From Octopus sinensis (lineage: Eukaryota): 64,000 nucleotides of DNA. The notes beneath the pieces were generated by a model. It did no database searches and was not told where the DNA came from. It saw nothing but the letters and a program-made list of their open reading frames with translations. The translations under genes were made by a program, and so were the position numbers. Below are positions 53,046 through 64,000 of this stretch, in pieces. The stretch covers positions 98,332,001 to 98,396,000 of the forward strand of contig NC_043006.1 of NCBI RefSeq assembly GCF_006345805.1, given 5' to 3'. Each line of letters opens with the position of its first letter. Position 1 is the stretch's first letter.

Positions 53046-53414
53046 CAAAACAGTTTGATTCAAATTCCTTGGTACTCTGAGTTTCAAGTGTGTTACTACT
53101 CTTCTGTCATTGAGTTTCATTGAGAGTTCCATTCAAGAGAGTCGATTTCTACTACTGGATGTTACGTTGCGGTTGGCCGAGAAATATCAAGTGGTGTTGC
53201 AGTTTGAAGTTGGTAAATACAGCGGCAACAGTTACTTGCAAAATACAGCATGAATAAGAATTCGACTGCGTGGTGGACAATATGTAGGTATCGTATTTGA
53301 ATGGAAGTTGGAAGTGTTGGTAGGACATAAATGTATATATGTGTACATGCATATGCCCATATATCTGTGTGCATACGGCCGTAATTATACGAATGTGTAT
53401 GTATGCGTAGATGT
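53046..53414 (-). repeat. Repeat C', right arm
   Basis: Reverse complement of 46975-47343. Confidence 0.85.
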
Positions 53415-53699
53415 GGATTCAGACGTCCGCGCGAGCACTCACACGCGCGATCGTACACATGGACACGCACACTCACGCGCACACACAATCACACAAACAC
53501 GCACGCACACATACGCGTGCATACTTTTATATACCCATATATATGAGCACCAGTGCATGCACATTCACATGCGCACACGCATGTGTGCACGTCTACATTC
53601 ACGCACGGGTGCACGTGTGTATGGTTTCGCAGGCGCGTACATGTATACCAGTGCACACACATCTGTGCGTATGCATATGGTGAGCACAGCTGGCAATTA

Positions 53700-54500
53700 G
53701 GGGTGCCGGGTGAATATGGTGTGCCCTGTCGACAATAGTTTACTTGATGGTGGGCGTTTCGTCTCGGAGGTCACGAAGTCTCCAGAAGAAGCGCGAGAGG
53801 GCAGTGGAGTTAACTCTGTCCCTTTGTCCAAGTGAATGCAAGTGCTTCGAGTACCTTCTCTTGAAATTATTGGCTGCCATGGGATGGTTTAAGGGTGGGT
53901 CTCTATACTACAGCCTTTGAAAAGAATAATTTTCTTAGAGGGAAGGTGGTTGGGTTTTGGAAGTTGCAGGTTGGGGTTGGGGGCTGTGAGGGTGATTTTT
54001 TAAGTCTATTGACGATTACGAATTTAGATACGATGTTGTTTATGCAGAAGTAGCTTACCTTGGCATTGTGGAGGTTGAAGCGTGTGTAATATTTATAGCC
54101 CCTGGGGAATATTTCATTGTTAAGAACAGGAAGATCAGGGCTACATTGGTAGAAAATTCTAGGTGAACTGGGGTGTTATACCTAATTATATTCCCTTTCG
54201 CAATTCACTTAGTGTGAGGAGAGAAAACCTGCTTCTAGCCAGAGCAACGTTTTAGTGGGAGCAGCCCTATTAAAGATCTCCATGTTGGCTGAGAGTTTAG
54301 ACAACACTTTGTTAATGCCTGAAACGAAGTTTTTAATTATAGCGGATATATACCATTTCTTCATTAGACTTCCTGTAGGGGCAGTATAATCCGGCGAACT
54401 CTGCGATTATATGCTCCCATGAAAAGCTAGGGCCTTCAGGAAGAGGAGGGGGCTTAGATATGGAAGGATAGAAGTCAATGTCGAACTGTCAGTTTAAATA
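53700..54500 (-). pseudogene. Decayed Penelope-like element (Naiad-like), RT to GIY-YIG, with deletions
   Basis: Minus peptides QFDIDFYPSISK, LKALAF, FPRGYKYYTRFNLHNAKVSYFCINNI and NNFKRRYSKHLHSL..STALSRFFWRLRD are colinear with the PLE at 1-1730. Confidence 0.82.
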
Positions 54501-57178
54501 ATGTTATAAATTATATTAGTTAAAAAAAGACTAGTGATAAATTGTTAAAACTAGCTTTTATTAGCTTACAACTAGCTTACAACAAAAAGAGAGAATATAA
54601 CGCTTCGAAGATTCTAACAACATCACCAACACTAATACTAATACATATAATATTGTTTTTTCTACTTCTGGAAAAACAATTTTGGAGAAAATTAAATTTT
54701 GTCTGTTGCAGAGCTGAGCAAAATGGACCTCGGTGTTATTGGAATTCCAACTACAAAGCTTTCGTCCGCACGAGGCTATAGAAGACACCAAATATCAATT
54801 TACAATTCCAACTTAACATGGTGTACCGCATCAAAAACCAATATGTGTTCATGAGAAGTCATGTAGCATAGACGGAAAGTGCCACAAATCATATATTATA
54901 TAGGCAGAGGATTTTAATCATCACCGAACACAATGTGGACTGTATCAGATGGTTACGGCATATTTTCAAATCTTCAGAAATAGACAAATACACACCGATA
55001 ACTTGACCAAAATTTCGCGAGACCGATATAGGATAACATTATCTAAACTCCCAGTGAGATTGCTAAATGCTGGTGGGTTGCGTATAAATTAACTATTAGT
55101 GACGGAATCAGTCTTTGTAACGAATAATAATTTTCACATCGATGTACTTGTTATATTTGGTCCTGAGAAATGAGCTCGAATTAACGAAGAACGATAAAGA
55201 AACACAGATTATATCGGCAGGCGAATTTCGTAATTGCCGGTGTTAACACAATTATAGCATTTGATTTCAGTGTATTTTCCCATTTTCAGCAATAGATGCC
55301 TAAATACCAAATTCTAGACAGGAATTCCATCATACAGATTTAATCTAATATTGGCTAAAAACTCAGCCTATTACATGATTTGTCAAGGGGATATACTGCA
55401 CTTTATGGCACCAATCAGCACATGCAACTGAAGTTGCATGTGCAAGTAGATGCTTACATATACACACGCACATATATTATTGACCGCACACACTCAACAT
55501 ATACCCACTGTGTATAGCGATTATCGCTACTTCTATTTCATATTCGAAAATATATGTGTGTGTATCACTAAATATAAACTCCCTTACAGTCATAATATTA
55601 TTTGTTAATTGAAATAGTCCGTGTTAACATCAGAAGCAATAACATACATCAGTACTATTATAAAAAGCGAGCCTAAGGTATCTATTTGCGAAAATTGTCA
55701 ATTCCACATTCTGTAGCATAGTTATTATATAAATATATGTTATTTTATAGCAAATTACCGAATATGAGTGAGATACAGAAAGTGAGAGAGTGAGTAAGAG
55801 AGAGAGAGAGAGAGAGTATATATCTTTTAAAAATATTTAAGCACTCATGTCAATTTCTGATTTTTACCTAGGGACATTTTATGTAAACATGCAATTCAGC
55901 TTTGTAATAGTTCTTGCAATATGTCAATTTATATCGAGATATTGGTTCATGCGGGGATAGAAACTGTTATGACCTCGGCTATGAAATGGCTGATGAATTT
56001 GCAGTTAATAGCTTTTGCTTGGAGTTTCCTTCGCCTTGAGAATAAATTAACATTTTAATGAGTTTATTTAAATAATTTATTATCTCAATTAAGGAATAAA
56101 TATCAAATGAAGTCAATAACTTTAGAAAGTATAAAATGTTAATAAAAATTGGATTACTTAATAAAATAATCAAAATTTCCAGATAATGAATTTGCTTCAA
56201 TTAAGATAGCATCTGGTTTATTATAAAACAAAAATGAAATCACATTTCCTTATAAATAATATATAACAAATTTTGCTGGGGAAGAGGGGTAGAGAAAGAG
56301 AGAGAGAAAGGGAGAAAGTATGAGTTTAGACTAAAAAGTGAAAACTTTGTTCAGAGTACTTATATATTTTTCAAAAGAGAACACCATATTTTTACGTTTG
56401 AAGCACTGTGCATGCTTGATAAAAAAGAAAAGCCGACGACACAATCCGTAACTTGTATCATCTTTAAACTTCAGAATCTATCAAGATTTGAATTATAACG
56501 CACAATGATATCAACAGGTAGTGGTTCTCACGACTAGTCAGAGACGGCAATGGAACGGGCCTGCATGCGTTAACTTGACTGTCACTAAAGTTAAATTATA
56601 TCAATTTATCAAGTGCCTTAAAAGAAGATGGACACTTTTAGTAATGTGATTCTATACACAATGTGCCTGATGGAATATAAAACAGATAGTTATTGCTCTA
56701 ACGCTTTCAATGATGGGTTTGCTTCATCAGATATGATCTGCAGTTAACAGGCAACGAAAATCACCAAAGAAAATTATGATTTCATAATCCGATTCATAAA
56801 ATATTATAGGGAGAATATATCGATCTTAATCTTCAACGACCATTTATTTCTCTACTTTCATTTTTGAAAACTACCACAAAGTTTGGAATCGAATTTGAAT
56901 TGCGTAGAACAGTACTCCAAATCCAAAGCTAGCATTACATCCAAAAACATATTAAATGAGTACATTAAAATGTTTCATGAAACACTTAAGGAATTAATGT
57001 TTAATATTAAAAAAATGCTTTTCTTCGTCCTATATATGGGTGAACATTTTGCCAAAATTTATAACAATAATTATAGTGGAAATTAGTAGAAAATGCAACT
57101 CACTACAAACTATGTTATAATGATGGCCTTAGCGATGTTTATCATCATGACAGTAATTATTACTACTACAAATACATA

Positions 57179-57389
57179 AATGCCGCGAATTGGTAGAATT
57201 GCTAGCACACCGAGCGAAATGCTTAGCAGTATTTCATCCGCTGCTACGTTCTGACTTCAAATTCCGCTGAAGTTGACTTTGCCTTTCATCCTTTCGAGGT
57301 CGATAAATTAAGTACCAGTGAAACACTGGGTCTATGTAATCAACTATTTCCTCCCCAGGATTTCAGGCATTCAGTGGAAAGTATTATTT
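57179..57389 (+). mobile_element. SINE family B, tail type 2, with a probable 10-bp TSD
   Basis: Body ttgactttgcctttcatcctttcgaggtcgataaattaagtaccag; caaatacata at 57169-57178 and 57390-57399. Confidence 0.8.
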
Positions 57390-57414
57390 CAAATACATAC
57401 CTATGTACATATGT

Positions 57415-57455
<41 letters not shown>

Positions 57456-57458
57456 TAC

Positions 57459-57496
<38 letters not shown>

Positions 57497-57497
<1 letters not shown>

Positions 57498-57685
57498 CAT
57501 GGCTCTGTGTTTAGGGTGTTCCACTCATAATCCAGCAAACATGGTTTCAATGTCTAGACCGGGTGGGGCGTTGTGTTCTTGGGGAAGGCACCTCACCTAA
57601 CGGTGCTCTGCGATCGCTTTGAGACATGAAGCCTGATGCACAGTGCGCATGCCCAGGCTACGTCCAGTTGATGGAGGGAGAGAGC
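57497..57685 (+). mobile_element. Degraded tRNA-headed SINE (fourth family)
   Basis: gcatggctctgtgtttaggg..ggtttcaatgtc head followed by ttgtgttcttggggaaggcacctcacct (CORE/V-like); single copy in the window. Confidence 0.45.
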
Positions 57686-57980
57686 TAAATATGTGTGATC
57701 ACTAAGTATGTGTCATCATTAGAAACAGGTGGTTCAGCAGAAACTGAATGCTCATACGCCGCCTCCACGGCGTAATCCATCATAAATACATATGTGTGTG
57801 TGTGTGTGTATGTGTGTGTGTGGTGTGTGTGTGTGTGGGAATGCCTATACAAAAGGGTATATTTAAACAAGTTATATTCATACATCGAAACACATTCATG
57901 CACAAAACCTAGTCATGATTCGAGAAAAGCTGTATAGCTTAGATTTTCTATTTATTCATCGAAACAAATCTACCGTTATG

Positions 57981-58398
57981 CTCTTTTACTCTTTACTCTT
58001 TTACTTGTTTCAGTCATTTGACTGCGGCCATGCTGGAGCACCACCTTTAGTCGAGCAAATCGACCCCGGGACTTATTCTTTGTAAGCCCAGTACTTATTC
58101 AATCGGTCTCTTTTGCCGAACCGCTAGGTGACGGGGACGTAAACACACCAGCATCGGTTGTCAAGCAATGCTAGGGTGTCAAACACAGACACACAAACAT
58201 ATACACACAGACTTATATATATATACACATATATACGACGGGCTTCTTTCAGTTTCCGTCTACCAAATCCACTCACAAGGCATTGGTCGGCCCGGGGCTA
58301 TAGCAGAAGACACTTGCCCAAGTTGCCACGCAGTGGGACTGAACCCGGAACCATGTGGTTGGTTAGCAAGCTACTTACCACACAGCCACTCCTGCGCC
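57981..58398 (-). mobile_element. SINE family A, copy 5
   Basis: Full-length match on minus. Confidence 0.92.
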
Positions 58399-59260
58399 TA
58401 TATGGCGCTTTTACAATTTTTTATTCTATGACATTCAACAGCAAACAATATTAAAGATACCATTCGTAATGTTTATATGTAATTATTTGTTACAAGTATA
58501 TGTTCTGGAAATGCTGCATTTCTACGATTAAGTAATTTCATTTACCATTAATCGTATATATTTCAGTTAGTACACCTTGTTATATTTCTATTAACTAGAT
58601 GTTTACTCATCGAATACGCATTCGTCCTTCGTTTCCCAACTTATAAATCTTTTTTTTTAATTTTGTAGAGCAATCCTATATTTGGCACCAGTTCAATGTA
58701 TATAAAATGACATTATATGCTCTACGCTCTAAACTCTTACGCAAATAAACGCTTTGAATTCTAATCTATAACTCTAAACACCACTTTCAATCGTATCACT
58801 ATAATACACAGGACATGATATTTTAGTTCAGAAAGTAGATAACCTATAGGTTTTGTTCTGAAATTTAATTGTTCGATCTTCTCTCTACAGATATAATCTT
58901 ATGTGGCTTAAACCAAGCAACCTTGGATATTCGGCAATTATTGAAAATGCAGCGGCAAGCTATATAATTATATATTTTGTTTCCTCTCAGTGTCTTTATA
59001 GTTCATTTTACCTGAAACTAATGTTGCTCATAATGGATAATGGAAACGAATTTACTTATTTATCAGAATTTCATTCTATATACTATATTTGGTATTCGCA
59101 GACAGGTCAAGTTTCATATCTTTACTATTCAAATATTCTATCGTCAAACTTCTAAAGAAGACACACGCACAGACATAAGTATATACATACTCAAACGCAC
59201 AGACGTACACCCACATGTAAATGTACACACACACACACACACACATATATATATGTATGT

Positions 59261-59560
59261 GGAGGCGCAATGGCCCAGTGGTTAAGGCAGAGGACTCGCG
59301 GTCATAGGATCGCGGTTCCGATTCCCAAGCCGGGATTGTGAATGTTTATTGAGCGAAAACACCTAAAGCTCCACGAGGCTCCGACAGGGGGTGCTGGCGA
59401 TCCCTGCTGTACTCTTTCGCCACAATTTTCTCTCACGTTTTCTTCTGTTGGACTACTCGCTTAGCCAGCGGAGTGGCGTCACTTGGAGACTAAAACAATG
59501 CGAAGCGCATTGTGACCAGCGATGTGTAGCAACATCTGATAGCCTGGTCGGTCCCATGAT
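59261..59560 (+). mobile_element. SINE family C, tail type 2
   Basis: Head and body as at 27585, tail as at 52706. Confidence 0.88.
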
Positions 59561-59662
59561 ATATATGTATGTATAATTATGTATATATATGTATGTGCAT
59601 ATATCTATGTATGTATATATATATATATATAGTATATATATATATATATAATATATATTATA

Positions 59663-59927
59663 TATATAAAAGGGCTTAGTAAAATAATTACTTTGCCGCA
59701 TACTGAACTCATTAGAATAGCAGCTAAAAAACTTTTTTAAAGCTATTCTAATACTTAACGAAAATCTCTCTCATATATAGGTTTGCTTAATTCAAGTTGA
59801 ATAAGCAAACACTATATATGAGAGAGATTTCTTTAAGTATTAGAAATAGCTTTAAAAAAGTTTTTTAGCTGCTATTTCTAATGAGTTCAGTATGCGGCAA
59901 AGTATTTATTTATAAGCCTTTTATATA
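59663..59927. repeat. AT-rich foldback palindrome of about 265 bp with a 1-nt centre
   Basis: The arms are reverse complements apart from a few 1-nt indels and substitutions; centre attcaa-g-ttgaat at 59796; sits at the end of a (TA)n run. Confidence 0.93.
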
Positions 59928-60110
59928 AGGTAATAATTTGAATTCGCCTTGAATGGTCCCTTGCATACTGAACACTGGTGAAATTGATTAATAATTAATA
60001 ATTTTGCCCTCAATGTTGAAATTATATGATATATATATAATATATATATATATAGCAAAACTGAATAAGGAGACGAACTCTCGGGATGCTAAACTATTTG
60101 CATCTTGAAT

Positions 60111-60196
60111 TTTTCTACATCTGTTTCGACGAATGCACTCCAAGATGTCCAACAGGAGAATTTGTGGTCAGCAATACAGCGATCTCATCAGGAAGG
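60111..60196 (-). ncRNA. Degenerate hammerhead motif related to family H1
   Basis: UUC-CUGAUGA-GA..[long]..UC-GAAACAGAUGUA/GAA; shares the upstream 11-mer TTGACGAGTTT (60208-60218) with the H1 copy (4189-4199); only 3 bp of stem I remain. Confidence 0.5.
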
Positions 60197-60424
60197 GTAT
60201 AAATAACAAACTCGTCAAACACACATATTAACGGAGAGAGGAGGTCCTATAACATGTTTATATTCATATGCACACACGCGTACACACACACTCAAATATA
60301 TGAGGTGTATATATATAAATATTATATACCTACAAAAAGCACAAACGTATACAAACGCATATACATACACATAAATATATAATATATATAATGTTCAAAT
60401 ACATACATAGTCAGAAATATACTC

Positions 60425-60461
<37 letters not shown>

Positions 60462-61117
60462 GATATGCTCGTACATGTTATAGCGGCAACATCATAGAAA
60501 CATACTTATGCAAAAGTATATGTTTACGATCACATATTAATACACATAAGTAAATGATCATATATATACAGAAGAGCCTACACATCCCAAAACATCGATA
60601 GATCCAAACACCTAATTGTATACTCATACACACGCTTACTTAAGCTCATGTATGTTATTGTTCATTTACAAAAAAAAAAAATACATAGTAACAAGCGACG
60701 CTAGAAATTTAAAATGAAATCGAAACGAACGAGGTATTGAGAAACAAGGAGAATATACATAGAAAGATTATGGGGGGGGGGATGTACGAAAGGAAGTATA
60801 GCACAAAATGAAAAAAGAGAGAGGGGTGAGGTACGGGTAAATTGTAAATATAAGAAATGCATAAAAAGAAAGGAAGGAAGGAGAGAGGTGGAAATTATGA
60901 GAAGTAAGATGAAAGAAAAGATATAAGAACATTTGTAGAAATTGTTATTTGGTTATGAGAGTTCTCACACATACAGAAGGGCACACATATTCGAAACATA
61001 TTCGACAGACACAAACGTACTATAACAAACCCATACACACACATACTAAGCACATACATTATTCTGCACACTATCATACGTACGATAGCAAAAACGGGTG
61101 TATACGCATATGTATAT

Positions 61118-61533
61118 TCTCTTTTACTCTTTTACTTGTTTCAGTCATTTGACTGCGGCCATGCTGGAGCACCGCCTTTAGTCGAGCAAATCGACCCCGG
61201 GACTTATTCTTTGTAAGCCCAGTACTTATTCTATCGGTCTCTTTTGCCGAACCGCTAAGTGATGGGGACCTAAACACACCAGCATCGTTTGTGAAGCAAT
61301 GCTAGGGGGACAAACACAGACACACAAACATATACACACATATATATATATATATATACATACATATATACGACGGGCTTCTTTCAGTTTCCGTCTTTCA
61401 AATCCACTCACAAGGCTTTGGTTGGCCCGAGGCTATAGTAGAAGACACTTGCCCAAGATGCCACGCAGTGGGACTGAACCCGGAACCATGTGGTTGATAA
61501 GCAAGCTACTTACCACGCAGCCACTCCTGCGCC
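61118..61533 (-). mobile_element. SINE family A, copy 6
   Basis: Full-length match on minus; head abuts (TA)n. Confidence 0.92.
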
Positions 61534-61819
61534 TATATATATATATATGGAAAGCCGAGTAGTAAGGGAACTCTAGAAATTTAACATGGTTTTAAAGAAA
61601 TTAACTGGAATGGGTGAGAGAAGGAGAAAAGGAATAGAAAGATATGGAAGGAAAAATTTAAAAAAAGGGAGAACGAGAGGGTGACGATGAACTGGCGAAT
61701 TGTATACATGAAAATGCATAAAAGAAAGGTAAAGAAGGGAGAGTAAAATTATGGGAAGACAGATGGAATAATAAAGAAAAGAAAATTTGCTGAAAATAGG
61801 ATTAGGTTACGGGTGGATA

Positions 61820-62070
61820 TTATTTGAAAAAACTAAAAGTGTGCCTTTTCCAATGAATACATTTGTAAAGATTCTCTGGAAATTTGTTTACAAATTTATG
61901 TTTAGAGAAACGAATAAAATACCGCACTTCCAGTCTAGGTCGGAACCTATATCCTACACGAACTTGAAGATCAATTTCCTTATATTCCCCGGCAGCTTAT
62001 ATCGTGATGATTGACTACTTTACCTATGAAATAACTCTAACGAGAAACTGCAAAAGGTTAAACGTGAAGG
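61820..62070 (+). pseudogene. PLE reverse transcriptase core fragment
   Basis: VGTYILHELEDQFPYIP, then a frameshift to GSLYRDD*L, matching IGAFILHNLKIEFPFIDAGLYRDDGL of the PLE at 1-1730. Confidence 0.6.
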
Positions 62071-62139
62071 CCAGAAAGATCCCCCTTTATCTTAAAGGAA
62101 AGATAAAGAAAGAATTGTCCATTCTAAAGAAAAAGATTT

Positions 62140-62600
62140 CCGTTTTTAATCCTGCAGTTTCCATTGAGGACACATGTTTTTTCAGGGCCACAATTGCAAA
62201 GGGTGGTTGTGTTGTTTTTACCATTTAAGGAGAGATTATTGTTACTGTTATCGTAATAAGGTTACTAGTATTATTAGAAGAGAGGGTGAAACCTCTTAGA
62301 ATACAGTTATTATTTGAGGATATAATTTATCAGATGTTACTGGTATTGGAAAAATCTACTCTAACAAGGTGTGTGTTAAAAATCGAAATTTCATCTAGAA
62401 TTAATAGGGACGGCTCTTTCTACTGCTTGAATTCTTATCAGTTTACCGTATGGAATAATTAAACAAATATACTTATTAGGAGTGTGTCACTCATGACGGG
62501 AATTATCACTAGAAATGTCTGTTTTATGTTTATATCGTAATAGCGAGGAAGTAGGGTTATTTCCCTTTGGCTGTTGGCTTTTAGGAATACGAAAATGAGG
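62140..62600 (-). pseudogene. PLE linker / Zn-finger fragment
   Basis: FNTHLVRVDFSNTSNI**IISSNNNCIL and CNCGPEKTCVLNGNC (62154-62198). Confidence 0.65.
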
Positions 62601-62667
62601 AACTTGTTATTTTGATGAAATTGGTTATTATTCGGATTATTAAAAAAGGTAGAAGTAATATAAGGAG

Positions 62668-62731
<64 letters not shown>

Positions 62732-63588
62732 AACATTATGTTTTTAACAGTTTAACTTCAGAATAATTTAATATGTTTTCGAATATAAATGAAATATGTC
62801 TAACAATATTGCAGGGAAAATTTTCTATACTAAAAAGAAAAAAAAATTATTAATGGAAGAACACTTGTTTTCATTAATCTTTCTGTAATATGAATATAAC
62901 AATAAAAAAAGTATCAGTAACTTCATGATAAAAAATCACAAATAATCAAAATAACACCAAAAAAATGCCGACTCTTAGTAAAAAAAAAATGAATAAAGTA
63001 GCAAACTGTTATGGAACTAGATCCTTCCTTATATTACATTGACTTAGATCGCACCAAAGATATTACGCATTGCCAGAAACTATATCGTGATAGGTAGTGA
63101 ATAGAATATTATACGAAGGAAACAATGGGCAGATAAATAACGTCTACCATTCTTCACCTTTTCCTCATGTATTTCTTTGTTACTTTAACTTAATTCACGT
63201 AACGACATTTACTGAAACTGGAAAACCTGAAAATTATCCTATAGAATTTAGTCTCAATGGAAGGTGTTACTAAATCACTTTAAGAACCGATATCTTTCTT
63301 TATTCTTCGAACTTTCATTCCGTCGAAACATTCTGAACATTACAATGCAATTATAGATTTGTAAGAGTTATCCTTTAAAGATACAGAACGAATAAATACG
63401 TTCTCTGACGCCAGAGCACTTCCGACAATTATGTTCTCCGCCCGAGCACATAATATACATATCAAAACAACTTTTTCATCATGCAGCTTTCCTGTATTTT
63501 CGATCTTAGGAAATATAACAAGAACTGAGAATATATATATATATGCAATATAGAAGACAGATACAGATATACACGCATACATACATAT

Positions 63589-63670
<82 letters not shown>

Positions 63671-64000
63671 TTCATCTTCAGAGCTGAGCAGTATTAAAGT
63701 ATGTGTCAAGCTGCAGAAATCATGTCTACCTCCTCTAACTGCCACATTATCCACACTTTCTTTCGATAAATCTTTCAATATACTTTATTTTTCTTTTTCT
63801 ACAAAATGGTTCTGAAAATATTGGAGAGAATATATTTGCTCTGTATATGCAACGGTTCTATTAACAATTTCTTGTTAAGTTTTCCTTATTAAGTAGTTGT
63901 CCTTAATTGCTAAATTTTTATTCCGAAAAAACTTTTCCTTTCCCGAAATGCAATTCGTAAAAGTATGCCATTTACAGGATGTAATATATGTAAACTCACC

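Noticed and set aside
56690-56740. CUGAUGA...GAAA on the minus strand
   Set aside because: No stem II or stem I complementarity; a chance word match.
63660-63690. CUGAAGA on minus next to (TA)n (also 14641, 19115, 51080, 54970)
   Set aside because: No paired stem II with GAAA and NUH at suitable spacing.

Overview
AT-rich eukaryotic (animal) DNA full of (TA)n, (CA)n and (TATG)n microsatellites. I infer an octopus or related cephalopod genome, because I recognise the dominant tRNA-headed SINE from octopus sequence; this was not checked by a search. No intact host gene, rRNA, true tRNA gene or CRISPR array can be supported, and most ORFs in the track are microsatellite read-throughs or antisense shadows. 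The window is mostly transposon debris. It holds one nearly intact Penelope-like element (RT + GIY-YIG, one frameshift, 1-1730 minus) and four decayed PLE fragments, two CR1-group LINE 3' ends and an RTE remnant. It also holds three mariners (one young, with TIRs and a TA TSD), maT/Tc1 fragments, a Helitron Rep/helicase remnant plus a non-autonomous Helitron, 13 SINE copies in four head families, and four long hairpin or MITE palindromes. Signals not in the ORF track: (1) eight hammerhead-ribozyme-like motifs in four short families, each present twice, with three packed into 750 bp at 11.06-11.80 kb; (2) a nested set of three diverged inverted-repeat pairs across 47.0-53.4 kb; (3) a 3' tail shared by the main SINE and the LINE at 32.2-33.2 kb, with a hairpin whose sequence differs but whose pairing is kept; (4) tail swapping in two other SINE families. 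Boundaries of decayed elements are approximate.
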